From positions 1 through 64,000 of the forward strand of contig CAXXSM010000143.1 of the NCBI GenBank assembly GCA_963663405.2: DNA of 64,000 nt, given 5' to 3'. A program made the position numbers and the translations under genes. Position 1 is the stretch's first letter, and each line of letters begins with the position of its first letter. Shown in pieces: positions 32,629 through 41,936 of this stretch. Source of the DNA: a bacterium (GTDB lineage: Bacteria > Hinthialibacterota > Hinthialibacteria > Hinthialibacterales > Hinthialibacteraceae). A model generated the notes under the pieces. That model worked only from the letters and a program-made list of their open reading frames with translations. It did not search any database and was not told the origin of the DNA.

Positions 32629-33030
32629 TCACTCCTTCTCTTCGCTTTGCGCCTCTTCATATTCATCCAGGATTTCACGCATTTTCTGGATATTTTCGGG
32701 CGATAGTTTTCCCTTTTTCACCATGTGGACAATCAAGGGTGCGAGCAGTTCATCCTTCGTATTCTCAATCAGAACATCGGCCGCTTTCCGCGCCATTTTG
32801 TACGCGGACGTGACCGGCTCATAGAGATAACAGTTCCCGACTTGTTTCGTCTTGAGATGGCCTTTGTCCACTAAACGCCGGAGATAGGTTTTGGCCGTGC
32901 TGGGACTCCAACCCAGCGTCGTCTTCACGGCGTCGTACACATCCCGCGCGGCGCAGGATTTCCGTTCCCACACCACCTTCATAATCTTCCATTCCGCCGG
33001 GCTCAATCCTTCGCCCTCTTTCTTGGTCAT
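32629..33030 (-). CDS. blaI: BlaI/MecI/CopY family repressor
   Basis: LSPAEWKIMKVVW, WSPSTAKTYLRRLVDKG and YLYEP motifs; directly upstream of the M56 gene. Confidence 0.92.
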   Translation of the reverse strand: MTKKEGEGLSPAEWKIMKVVWERKSCAARDVYDAVKTTLGWSPSTAKTYLRRLVDKGHLKTKQVGNCYLYEPVTSAYKMARKAADVLIENTKDELLAPLIVHMVKKGKLSPENIQKMREILDEYEEAQSEEKE

Positions 33031-33061
33031 GAAATTCTCCTGTCTACAAACTAACGTTATA

Positions 33062-33096
33062 GTCTACATAGTAAGACGATAGATTTATAATGTCAA
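33062..33096 (-). promoter_or_regulatory. Sigma70 promoter with overlapping BlaI/CopY-type operator
   Basis: Minus strand TTGACA(33096-33091)-17 nt-TACTAT(33073-33068); imperfect palindrome GTCTACATAGTAAGAC (33062-33077); extra half-site GTCTACA at 33042. Confidence 0.8.
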
Positions 33097-33157
33097 CACC
33101 TAAAAACAACATTTTTTGAAAAAAATTGGGGATTACAAGGATGGATACAACGAAGTT

Positions 33158-33688
33158 TTATTCCTCCGCCGTTTCCGCTTGCGCCGCTTTTTCTCTGTCT
33201 TCTTTGAGTTGATAATAGCGGCGGCGGAACTGGGGTTCGTCGGGATAGATTTTCAGCGCTTGGACGTAATACTGTTCGGCATTATCAAAATCGCCTAACT
33301 GATGGAAGAGATCCCCGGCCATATACTTAAACCACGGCATATCCGGATTGTATTTCACTGCGTGCAGGCATTGCTGCAAGGCTAATCGGAGATAGGTGGT
33401 TTGTTGCAGGCGCGTTTGCTGCATGTAGCTTTTCAGCCAATATTGTCTCGCCAACGAGAAGTAATATCCCGCGCGTTGATATTTCGTCATCTTCTGGGAA
33501 CCGAGAATAAAAATGTTCTGTTGAATTCGCTCATCAATTCGATCCAGATCGACACTTCGCAGAATCTGTTTCGCGTGCCAAGGCGGGGGAGCCGCCGGTT
33601 CGGGCTGCAACGCGCTGTAGCAGACCATCCCAAACAGCAACCAGATTGTAGATAAGATACCAATTAGAATACGCATAACCGGCGTCAC
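33158..33688 (-). CDS. Membrane-anchored TPR protein
   Basis: N-terminal TM; AGDLFHQLGDFDNAEQYYVQALKIYP TPR motif. Confidence 0.7.
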   Translation of the reverse strand: MTPVMRILIGILSTIWLLFGMVCYSALQPEPAAPPPWHAKQILRSVDLDRIDERIQQNIFILGSQKMTKYQRAGYYFSLARQYWLKSYMQQTRLQQTTYLRLALQQCLHAVKYNPDMPWFKYMAGDLFHQLGDFDNAEQYYVQALKIYPDEPQFRRRYYQLKEDREKAAQAETAEE

Positions 33689-33863
33689 TTATTACCGCGA
33701 AAACAAGGAGAATTCACGGCGCTTTGTTTATTCATCAGTGATTATAATATACAGTTAATAGCGCAACGGTAAATTGAGATCATTTTCCCAACCGTTGCGC
33801 CCTAATTATATCGTGTTTTATATGCGTAGTCTATGAAAAATCGAATCTGTAGAAAGCAACACA

Positions 33864-35148
33864 ATGGAATCCCCCTTTTCTCAATCCCTATCTCGCAAGC
33901 CACTGCAATCGATTCTCGTGAAACCCACCAGCGCGGATTGTAATCTGGCCTGTGAGTATTGTTTTTATTTAGAAAAAGCTGAACTGTATCCGTTGGAAAA
34001 ACAGCGCCGCATGCCGCTGGATGTGATGGAAGAGATGGTAAAGCAAGTCATGGAGACAGGACAGCCCTCGCTCTCGTTTGGCTGGCAGGGGGGCGAACCG
34101 ACGTTGATGGGCCTCGATTTTTTCCGGAAAGCGGTCGAGTGTCAAAAAAAGTATGGACGGCAGGGGCAATCGGTCGGAAACGGCCTCCAGACCAATGGGA
34201 TCTTGATCACGGATGAGTGGTGTGATTTTTTCAACGAGTATTCCTTCCTAATCGGCCTATCCCTCGACGGCCCCCAGCACGTGCACGATCGCTACCGATT
34301 CACCATCGGCGGGGGACCTTCCTGGCGCAAAGTGGAGGATGCGGCGAAACGCATGTTGGAACGAGGCGTGGCGGTGAATGCGCTGAGTGTCTTGAATGAC
34401 TATTCCGCCGAATATCCCCAAGAGATCTATGAATACCATAAATCGCTTGGATTCGAATTCTTGCAATTTATCCCCTGCGTAGAACCGGACATTGAAGGTA
34501 TCAAAGCGGCGCCGTTTTCCGTAACGGGAGAACAATACGGGCGTTTTCTGTGCGAAATTTTCGATTTATGGCGGAAGGATTTTGTCGATGGAAAGCCCAC
34601 CATTTCGGTGCGGTACTTTGATTCCTTATTTCATCTATATGTCAATATGCCACCGCCGGAATGCACTCTTTTGGAAGAATGCGGTTGTTATGTCGTTGTC
34701 GAGCACAACGGCGATGTGTATTCCTGCGATTTCTTTGTCCAGCCGGAGTGGAAACTGGGCAATCTCATGAAAGGAAACCTGAATGATTTTCTGAATGGCG
34801 ATCAACAGACACGTTTCGGCTGCCTGAAAAAGGAAATTCCACCCGAATGCGTGGACTGCCCCCTGGCTGCATCTATGCCGGGGCGGCTGCACAAAGGACC
34901 GGATCAGCGATCCATCCGACCAAGGCTCGAATCACTTCTGCGCTGGATACAAGATGTTCTTCGAACATACCGACGAAGCGTTCAAACAAATCGCCGAAGA
35001 ATGGTGGGAACGACAGCGGGAGGAAGAAGAGGAATACTACCGCCAACAAGCGGAATACGCCGAATCCACCCCCCACCAAAAAGTAGGCCGCAACGACCCC
35101 TGCCCATGTGGAAGTGGGAAGAAGTATAAGAAGTGTTGTGGGGGATAA
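33864..35148 (+). CDS. Anaerobic sulfatase maturase (radical SAM/SPASM) with C-terminal SEC-C motif; one extra C at ~34859-34863
   Basis: [14 protein letters not shown] (CxxxCxxC), [22 protein letters not shown]; C-terminus [20 protein letters not shown]. Confidence 0.9.
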
Positions 35149-35297
35149 GGATGATTATGCATATTCATGTTGCGCATCATACAATTTCATGCTAATATCG
35201 GCTTGTTGGGATTTTTTGTAGAATTCGCAGGATTTTAAAATAATCGAAATAAATCAGCGCAAAAAAGAGTAAGATATCTAGCATTTGATCTAGGCGA

Positions 35298-36114
35298 TTG
35301 TACAAAATTCGAAAATATAAAACGAGTAGCATTTCAGTGATGCGTGATCTCATCTTTATTTTAAAGAATCTAATTGATTACCACTATTTCTGGCTTAATC
35401 CTTTATTAATTGCATTCATCACTCTTTCTTCAGTATTGAATTATAGATTAATTTTAATTACTTCGTCTATATCTCTTGCAATTATTTCCATATTTGATTT
35501 GCAAGATAGAAAAACGAAAAAAACACGTGAAGAACAATTGCAAAATGAAAAGAAAAAAAACGAGGTAATCTCAGATAATATAAAGAATTTATTTGATGGA
35601 TACTTATATCAATTATCAAATACATTAGGCTTTGGCAATAAAAAAGAGTATACAGAAAGAATTACACTCTATATACACGATGGGATTAATAAATTCATAC
35701 CGTTTGGCCGGTTTTCACAAAATCCCGAATTCAGAAAACATGGTCGACCTGAATATCCCGATGATCAAGGTTGCATAGCAAAAAGTTGGCAAAATGGGTG
35801 GTGTTTTGATAATGATTTTAGCACAGAAGAAGACCAGCTTTTTACCAAGCATAAAGATGAATATAAGATCCCAAAAGAGACAAGTAGAAAATTCAAAATG
35901 AAATCCAGGTTATATGCCGCTGGGAGGATTAATACCCAAGATAGTGGTAATCCCCTTGCTATACTACTAGTTGAATCAACAGAAAAAGATCGCTATGATG
36001 AAGACGAGATAAAAAAGAAGATTGAAGACCAGAAGCAATTACCTTTCGGAGCTGATTGGAAATTTAAAAGATTATATTCCTATTCCAAAAACTGCGCGTG
36101 ATAGAGGTATTTAA
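35298..36114 (+). CDS. AT-rich hypothetical protein (N-terminal TMs plus GAF-like region); candidate Panacea-associated toxin; probable frameshift ~36037
   Basis: Clearly AT-richer than flanks; alternative frame NYLSELIGNLKDYIPIPKTARDRGI* ends 1 nt before the Panacea ATG. Confidence 0.55.
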
Positions 36115-36115
36115 A

Positions 36116-36581
36116 ATGGCTCAGATAAAAGATATTGTGATTCATATTCTCAAGAATTACCCGCATAAAGATGAATTATCCAATGCGCGGGTTACAAAAT
36201 TAGTTTATCTAGCCGATTGGCGTCATGTACTGGAAACAAAAGAACAAATTTCATCAATTAAGTGGTATTTTGACAACTATGGACCTTTTTGTTTGGGCAA
36301 TAAAAGATGCAGTGGAAAATAATCCGGATATTTTCGAAATTAAAAAAACAAAAAATTCATATGGAGAGAAGAAAGATCTTTTTAAGTTAAAGAAACATAA
36401 TTGCGAATACAGTTTATCAGATCAGGAGATCGAATCCATCGATTTCGTGATCGATGTCACAAAAGACTTAAATTGGAGTGAATTTATAAGGCTCGTTTAC
36501 TCCACGTATCCAGTCGCCAGTTCAGAACGATATACTAATCTTAACCTAAAAGAATATGCGTTAACCTACGATAGGCATTAA
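36116..36581 (+). CDS. Panacea (DUF4065/SocA-like) antitoxin domain protein; one extra T at ~36286-36290
   Basis: VTKLVYLADW...W..DNYGPFV signature; later region LIRLVY-like (EFIRLVYSTYP). Confidence 0.78.
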
Positions 36582-36748
36582 CTCTCTACAACATGCCACC
36601 ACAACAATAAATCGATTCTTTAAAGCAGAACCGTAATATCTCACTTCATCATCTTCCCCCCTTCATTCCCTCCCTCTTTTCAATTCTAATGAGATGAGTA
36701 TTCTGCTATGGTACGATGATTCTTTTCTGCTATGTGTGAGTGAGGGCT

Positions 36749-37421
36749 ATGGGGCAGTTGTTGGTTCCTTCCAAGAAAATGTCTGAACTCGTTCTTCTCT
36801 TTTGTGGATTGAAAGGGGAGAGCGATACGAATGGGACGCTTGACCGATTGTTGGCCGCCGCCGCTGAGAATAATTTGATTGTGACCCTGCTGCTGTTTAA
36901 GATCGACCGGTTCGTTGAATTTCAGCGGGGAGTGCGATCCAAAAACAGCGAACCGCATCGGGGCGGGGCTGGCGGCGATTTTGATCGAACAGACACCGGA
37001 TGAATTGTATGTGGACTGCGTAAGCGGGGGTGAATTTCTGGTCATCTTACCTTCCATCAGCCAAGAACAGGCGCGGAAAGCGGGAAATGAGATCTGCAAG
37101 CGGTTCGCGGCGATGGTGGATTCCATCCTAGCGAAATCTCATTTAAGCGTTTCACTTAGCGGAGGAACATCCGAGTTTCCCTCCAACGCCGAGAACCGGA
37201 CCGAACTCTTTCGTGGCGCGCGGGAGGCCGCCTATCGAGCCTCAAAAGCGGGTGGAAACCGGGTGTTTCCAACAGAAAAAGGCCCCATGCGCGCGACCTC
37301 GACACAATACACAAGCGTTCAGATTGAAAAGTTGAAACAACTATCCAGCATGGAAGGCATCAGCCAAGTTTCCCTGCTGCGTGAGGCGTTGGATGATTTA
37401 TTGTTGAAATATGGTTTGTAA
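36749..37421 (+). CDS. Degenerate GGDEF-like domain fused to C-terminal ribbon-helix-helix; one extra G at ~36927-36930
   Basis: LLLFKIDRF, SGGEFLVILP, VSLSGG, AAYRASKAGGNRV; RHH-like STQYTSVQIEKLKQLS..EGISQVSLLREALDDLL. Confidence 0.72.
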
Positions 37422-37477
37422 ACCGCTTAGCGCCCGCCTGAACGCAGTACCCACAATAAAACAAGTCAAAATTTTAC

Positions 37478-37506
37478 TTGTTCCCATTACGGGAACATGC
37501 TATCAT
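37478..37506 (+). promoter_or_regulatory. higBA promoter with palindromic operator
   Basis: TTGTTC-17 nt-TATCAT with TGn extension; palindrome TGTTCCC-attac-GGGAACA (37479-37497). Confidence 0.7.
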
Positions 37507-37520
37507 AAGAACCATCATGA

Positions 37521-37600
37521 TTGAGATCACAACTGCAAATGAAAATGAGTTGCGGGAGTGAATTCTAACGAGAAAGCCTTAGGAACTCATTTTCATATAA
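37521..37600. repeat. Repeat family A, copy 5, between the higBA promoter and the higB ATG
   Basis: TTGAGATCACAACTGCAAATGAAAATGAGT...AACTCATTTTCATATAA. Confidence 0.88.
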
Positions 37601-37601
37601 A

Positions 37602-37895
37602 ATGAGAATAATCGCACGAAGTACTTTACGGAAATTCTGGGAACGTCATCCACAGGCGGAGCAACCCTTGAAAGCATGGTTCAAGTTCGCATCCGCAGCC
37701 GACTGGTCATCGCCGGATGAAGTGAAATTGGATTATCGTAAGGCCAGTTTTCTAGAGGAAAACCGGGTTTGTTTTGACATCGGTGGGAACAAATTCCGCC
37801 TTGTGGTCCGGATCAATTATCCGTACCGCGCCGTATATATCCGGTTCATTGGAACTCATAAAGAATACGACGCCATTGACGCAAACACTGTTTAA
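37602..37895 (+). CDS. higB: HigB family toxin
   Basis: MRIIARSTLRKFWERHP.AEQPLKAW, FDIGGNKFRLVV and IRFIGTHKEYD motifs. Confidence 0.92.
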   Translation: MRIIARSTLRKFWERHPQAEQPLKAWFKFASAADWSSPDEVKLDYRKASFLEENRVCFDIGGNKFRLVVRINYPYRAVYIRFIGTHKEYDAIDANTV

Positions 37896-37913
37896 GCATG
37901 AGAGGCGCATAAG

Positions 37914-38297
37914 ATGAATATTACACCAATTAAAACGGAAGACGACTATAAAAAGGTTTTGGCGGAGATTGACCAGCTTATGGACGCGGAACCGGACACC
38001 CCAGCCGGAGACCGGCTTGACGTACTAACGACGTTGGCAGAGGCTTACGAAAAGAAAAACTATCCCATCGAAGAACCAGACCCGGTCGAAGCCATTTTAC
38101 ATCGCATGGAAGCCCTTGGACTGACCAGAAAAGACCTGGAGCCACTTTTGGGTACCCGCGCCCGTGTGTCGGAGATCCTATCCCGGAAACGGCCTCTAAG
38201 TATCGCTATGATCCGGCGAGTTCATGAATCCTTACGAATACCAACGGACATCCTAATCCAACCCTATAGGACCAGTGGAACCAGCGGGCGTATTTAG
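37914..38297 (+). CDS. higA: HigA family HTH antitoxin
   Basis: IKTEDDY, LAEAYE, PDPVEAI and RVSEILSRKRPLSIAMIR motifs. Confidence 0.92.
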   Translation: MNITPIKTEDDYKKVLAEIDQLMDAEPDTPAGDRLDVLTTLAEAYEKKNYPIEEPDPVEAILHRMEALGLTRKDLEPLLGTRARVSEILSRKRPLSIAMIRRVHESLRIPTDILIQPYRTSGTSGRI

Positions 38298-38345
38298 GGT
38301 ACATGGATAGAAGTAAACGCGCTCATATTCCAAAAGAGCCTTTTT

Positions 38346-39788
38346 TTACTTCGCGCTGAACCATGCGATGGGAATTGAGTAGAAAACCAAACTTGTGTTT
38401 TGGAAATTGGGATTTCCTTTTTTCCAATGATAGTAGGTGAGAAGAATACGATCTTGAAACGGTGTGGCGCTGGTGTACGCGAAACCGGAATCGGGATTGT
38501 CTTCAATGTTTTTAACATTCTCCCAGGTTTTTCCTTCATCCCGGCTGATGGCTATTGTGAGAGGCGTTCGTCCCTGCCAACCGGCTTTGTTCCCTTTTGG
38601 ATTATTGTTCCAGATCATCAGGAGTTCGTTTGATCCTGGAAGCCGAGCGATCGTCGCGGGGGCCGCCGGCGCGGTTAGATCCATCGGCTTCACCGGGCTC
38701 CAGTGTTCGCCGCCGTCGGAGCTGATCGCTTGATAAATGCGATCGAGCCGTGTGCGGATAATCATAAGAACCTTGCCATCCTTCAATTCAACCAGCCCCG
38801 GTTCCATCGCGGGAGAGCCATCCAGTCCAGCATGGCCCGGCGCCTGGCTCCATGTTTTTCCATCATCATCGGAATAATAACAGAGGCAGACCTGTTCGTT
38901 GTAATCTTTGGATATATCCGCGCACCAAGCGGCGGGAACCAGGATGCGTCCGGTTGAGAGTTGGATCACACGCGCGTTATTCACGACATGATAGCCCGGA
39001 CGATCAGTGACCAAACGGGATTCGGACCAGGTTTCAGCCTCATCGGCGCTCTCACGAAGATACACTTTCAAATCGTCCGGCCCATTCTTCACAAGAAAGA
39101 AGAAAAGGATGTTTCCCGAACGCAGCCGCAGGAATGAAACGCTCATCACATTCTGTTCCCCAATGTTATCTTGGAGAATAAATTCCCTGCCCCAGCTGCG
39201 TCCACCATCAGCGCTTTTCTTCGCCGCGATGACGGCGGAAGCGTGATCGGCGCGGCCCGTGAATTGGCTCCAAGCCAGCAGTAGCGTTCCATCGTTCAGT
39301 TCAATGATATCGCCCTCGCTGTTGCGTGGATTGGATTCTGACGCGGGGCAGACGGTCAGACGAAATGGGTCATCAATAGTCGATTTCGCATACACGGGGG
39401 AGATCCAAGAAAAGGGATTGACCGCAGTATAGGCGGCGAGAAAACTCAAAAGGAGAAAACTCCGGACAGAAACGAGAGAAGATTCAAAACCATCACACAA
39501 CCGGTCTAGCGTCACAACGGCGCCCACCAATCCCAAAAGCGCCAAAACAAACGAAGCGCTTTCCCGCATAAGCAGGATACAGAATGGTAAAATCGAGAAC
39601 AAAAGAAAACCGATGGAAATCAAGAACAAGCAGAGAATGATAATCAGCTGCACGCTGAATTCCAGCCAATAATCCCCCCGGTAATACCGGCGCAGAACAA
39701 ACAAATCCCCCGGCGCCTTCCGGATAACAACAAGGACCCAATAAATCATAAAAACATTCAACATTCCGTTGGCGATGATGTGTGTCAT
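38346..39788 (-). CDS. Sialidase/BNR-repeat (GH33-like) protein with an N-terminal membrane module
   Basis: Five Asp-boxes (SADGGRSW, SADEAETW, SDDDGKTW, SSDGGEHW, SRDEGKTW); MEPG, R, FAY motifs; N-terminus homologous to small ORFs at 40.7-41.7 kb. Confidence 0.85.
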   Translation of the reverse strand: MTHIIANGMLNVFMIYWVLVVIRKAPGDLFVLRRYYRGDYWLEFSVQLIIILCLFLISIGFLLFSILPFCILLMRESASFVLALLGLVGAVVTLDRLCDGFESSLVSVRSFLLLSFLAAYTAVNPFSWISPVYAKSTIDDPFRLTVCPASESNPRNSEGDIIELNDGTLLLAWSQFTGRADHASAVIAAKKSADGGRSWGREFILQDNIGEQNVMSVSFLRLRSGNILFFFLVKNGPDDLKVYLRESADEAETWSESRLVTDRPGYHVVNNARVIQLSTGRILVPAAWCADISKDYNEQVCLCYYSDDDGKTWSQAPGHAGLDGSPAMEPGLVELKDGKVLMIIRTRLDRIYQAISSDGGEHWSPVKPMDLTAPAAPATIARLPGSNELLMIWNNNPKGNKAGWQGRTPLTIAISRDEGKTWENVKNIEDNPDSGFAYTSATPFQDRILLTYYHWKKGNPNFQNTSLVFYSIPIAWFSAK

Positions 39789-39860
39789 AGGTTAACCATT
39801 TTTTGTTTGTTGTTCGTTGGTTTGTAAGACAAAAAAGATCAGTAATTATAAGTCAAGAGT

Positions 39861-40064
39861 CTATCGCTCATTGATGACTGTATCAGACCAGCAACTTTCT
39901 GAAGAACTAGTCATGTCAAGGATTGCTTCTATCGGAACACTTTGCTTAGATTTACCAGACGTCTGTTTCATCGGTTCTAACAATTGAATATAGTCATAAA
40001 CAACAACAAGTTCCTCAAGATTCATATGTTCGATTGAATCGTATATTCGTTCTTTCAGGATCAT
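39861..40064 (-). CDS. Small orphan antitoxin-like protein
   Basis: LKERIYDSIEHM..EEL..VYDYIQLL...WSDTVINER resembles antitoxins found before PIN toxins; GGAG RBS; no toxin follows. Confidence 0.45.
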   Translation of the reverse strand: MILKERIYDSIEHMNLEELVVVYDYIQLLEPMKQTSGKSKQSVPIEAILDMTSSSESCWSDTVINER

Positions 40065-40196
40065 AGTTCTTCTCCCGAATGTTCAGCGTCTAATATACAA
40101 TTATTATCGTCATTTTCTCTCATTCGCATACGATTTAGAAGACTAAAAGCGGAGCGGAGAGCGTTTAAAGTTTTACAAAGCGTTCTGGCAAAGTAA

Positions 40197-40424
40197 TCAC
40201 AATTTTTTAAGTAGGTCATCCACTGATATGCGCGCCTGTTTAAGGATATGTGATAATGTGGACCGCTTAATAGGCTTATGCGCTGGGACAATCAATTTAA
40301 GAGTTTCATCATCTTCATGCTTTTGTAACCTTATATGTGATCCGCGCTGACGGACAATAATCCATCCATCACGTTGCAATACTTTGATTAATTGATCATA
40401 GTTGAGGCTGGGAACTTTACTCAT
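40197..40424 (-). CDS. hicA: HicA toxin
   Basis: LIKVLQRDGW.IVRQRGSHIRL...VPAHKPIKRSTLSHILKQA. Confidence 0.92.
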   Translation of the reverse strand: MSKVPSLNYDQLIKVLQRDGWIIVRQRGSHIRLQKHEDDETLKLIVPAHKPIKRSTLSHILKQARISVDDLLKKL

Positions 40425-40624
40425 ATTGCCAGTTCAATTTTTTCCGCATTCGATACTGTTAATACATCATCATCAATAGATTCTAAATAGAGTTGGATTG
40501 CCTCTTTGCAATTATTTATCGCTTCTTCTTTCGTTTCTCCCTCTGATATGCAACCAGGCAGCGATGGAACAATTACTGTGTATCCCCCTTCATCGCTAGG
40601 TTCGAGATAGATGTTAATCTTCAT
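40421..40624 (-). CDS. hicB: HicB antitoxin
   Basis: EGGYTVIVPSLPGCISEGETKEEAI..KEAIQLYLE; 4-bp overlap with hicA. Confidence 0.92.
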   Translation of the reverse strand: MKINIYLEPSDEGGYTVIVPSLPGCISEGETKEEAINNCKEAIQLYLESIDDDVLTVSNAEKIELAI

Positions 40625-40695
40625 ATCGATTTCTCCTCGGCGATTTCATTCACGTTATTCACAATTATACTCCTAATTCTATGTGTATTATCCCC

Positions 40696-40932
40696 TCACG
40701 AATGAAACAGCCCAATAAACCCTTTTACCACCGCATAGACATCGGGGATCAGGTGAAACGCAGCTAGGTACGCGGAGGTGATCCAGCAGAAACCCGCTAC
40801 GGTGATGGATGTCCAGAATTCATCCAGATCTTCATTCTGGAATTGATCGCGGATGATGGCGAGATCGGATGGGACGTTTTGAATCGTATAACCGATCCAT
40901 AGAAGCATGAGAATGAAGAGTATCGCGGCCAT
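40696..40932 (-). CDS. Small 2-TM membrane protein, paralog 3
   Basis: WIGYTIQNVPSDLAIIR...EFWTS...FCWITS motif shared with neighbours. Confidence 0.75.
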   Translation of the reverse strand: MAAILFILMLLWIGYTIQNVPSDLAIIRDQFQNEDLDEFWTSITVAGFCWITSAYLAAFHLIPDVYAVVKGFIGLFHS

Positions 40933-41199
40933 AGTATTGTATCTTTCAAGTTCAAGCGGCGAATTGAAGTTTTATAATTCGCAGCAGCCGGATTTTCGAT
41001 ATCTTATATAGAATTTTACGTTCCTCATCTCATTCTTCCAAGCGCGATCGATTGAAAGCGCTTCTTGTCCGCGAATTCTCCTCAATTCTTTGCAAAAGTA
41101 TGTCGATGTTTATGAACTTGATTCATGACGAGATTGTTGAATCATATGAGGGTAAGACAAAGCTTTACTATTAGTTTACTGCGCGTAGCGATAGAGCGT

Positions 41200-41466
41200 T
41201 CATCTCATACCAGTTATCAGCGCATAGATATTTTTTAATCCGCTCCAGCAGACCAGGGACCAGGGATAGATGATGAAAATGGAAATTAGGATTGAGGTGA
41301 CCCAGAAAAAGACCGACACTCCCAGATCCGTCCAAAATTCCATCATCTTATTTTCTTTAAGGTTATAACGGATTATGGAAATGTCGGATGGGATTTTGTT
41401 GATTGTGTACCCGACCCACATCAACGAAAAAACAAGGAAAAGAGCCGTTGCGATTCCTCCGTACAT
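41200..41466 (-). CDS. Small 2-TM membrane protein, paralog 2
   Basis: WVGYTINKIPSDISIIR...EFWTD...FFWVTS; ATG at 41466 preferred over GTG at 41508. Confidence 0.75.
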   Translation of the reverse strand: MYGGIATALFLVFSLMWVGYTINKIPSDISIIRYNLKENKMMEFWTDLGVSVFFWVTSILISIFIIYPWSLVCWSGLKNIYALITGMR

Positions 41467-41488
41467 GCTTTGTATCCTTTCCAGCGAA

Positions 41489-41731
41489 TCAAAACCGCAA
41501 AAAACCACTTAGACTAAAATGGAGATACCAAAAAGAGAATAGAAAAAAAAAAGCGATCATACAGAGAGATGTAATCCAGAAAAAGCCTGCTTCAACGATC
41601 GATATCCACAATTCACCCATCAAACCAACCCGGTAATGGCGACGGATCGCTTCCATATCGGATGGGAAACGGTGTATGGTGTACGCTATCCAGAGCAGCA
41701 TCACTATATCGATCGCGTATACGATAAACAT
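41489..41731 (-). CDS. Small 2-TM membrane protein, paralog 1
   Basis: WIAYTIHRFPSDMEAIR...ELWIS...FFWITS; GAGGAG RBS. Confidence 0.75.
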   Translation of the reverse strand: MFIVYAIDIVMLLWIAYTIHRFPSDMEAIRRHYRVGLMGELWISIVEAGFFWITSLCMIAFFFLFSFWYLHFSLSGFLRF

Positions 41732-41936
41732 GATCCACTCCTCATTTCAAAATTTAAATTCAACACTCACTAATTCAATACGAACATCCTTACACAGTAT
41801 TTCAACAAAACTCACCTAAGTTTAAACTGAACAAATGTTTAGTATTTTGGCCTAAGTCTTGCAATACAAGCGGATTGCAACATCTCGAAATCCAACTTGA
41901 GAAAAAAAGAGTTCAGAAGAAAGGCGCAATGTCATA

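Noticed and set aside
33761-33800. 10-bp inverted repeat GCGCAACGGT/ACCGTTGCGC as a terminator or ncRNA
   Set aside because: Lies between divergent genes, has no U-tract, is single copy, and no function can be supported
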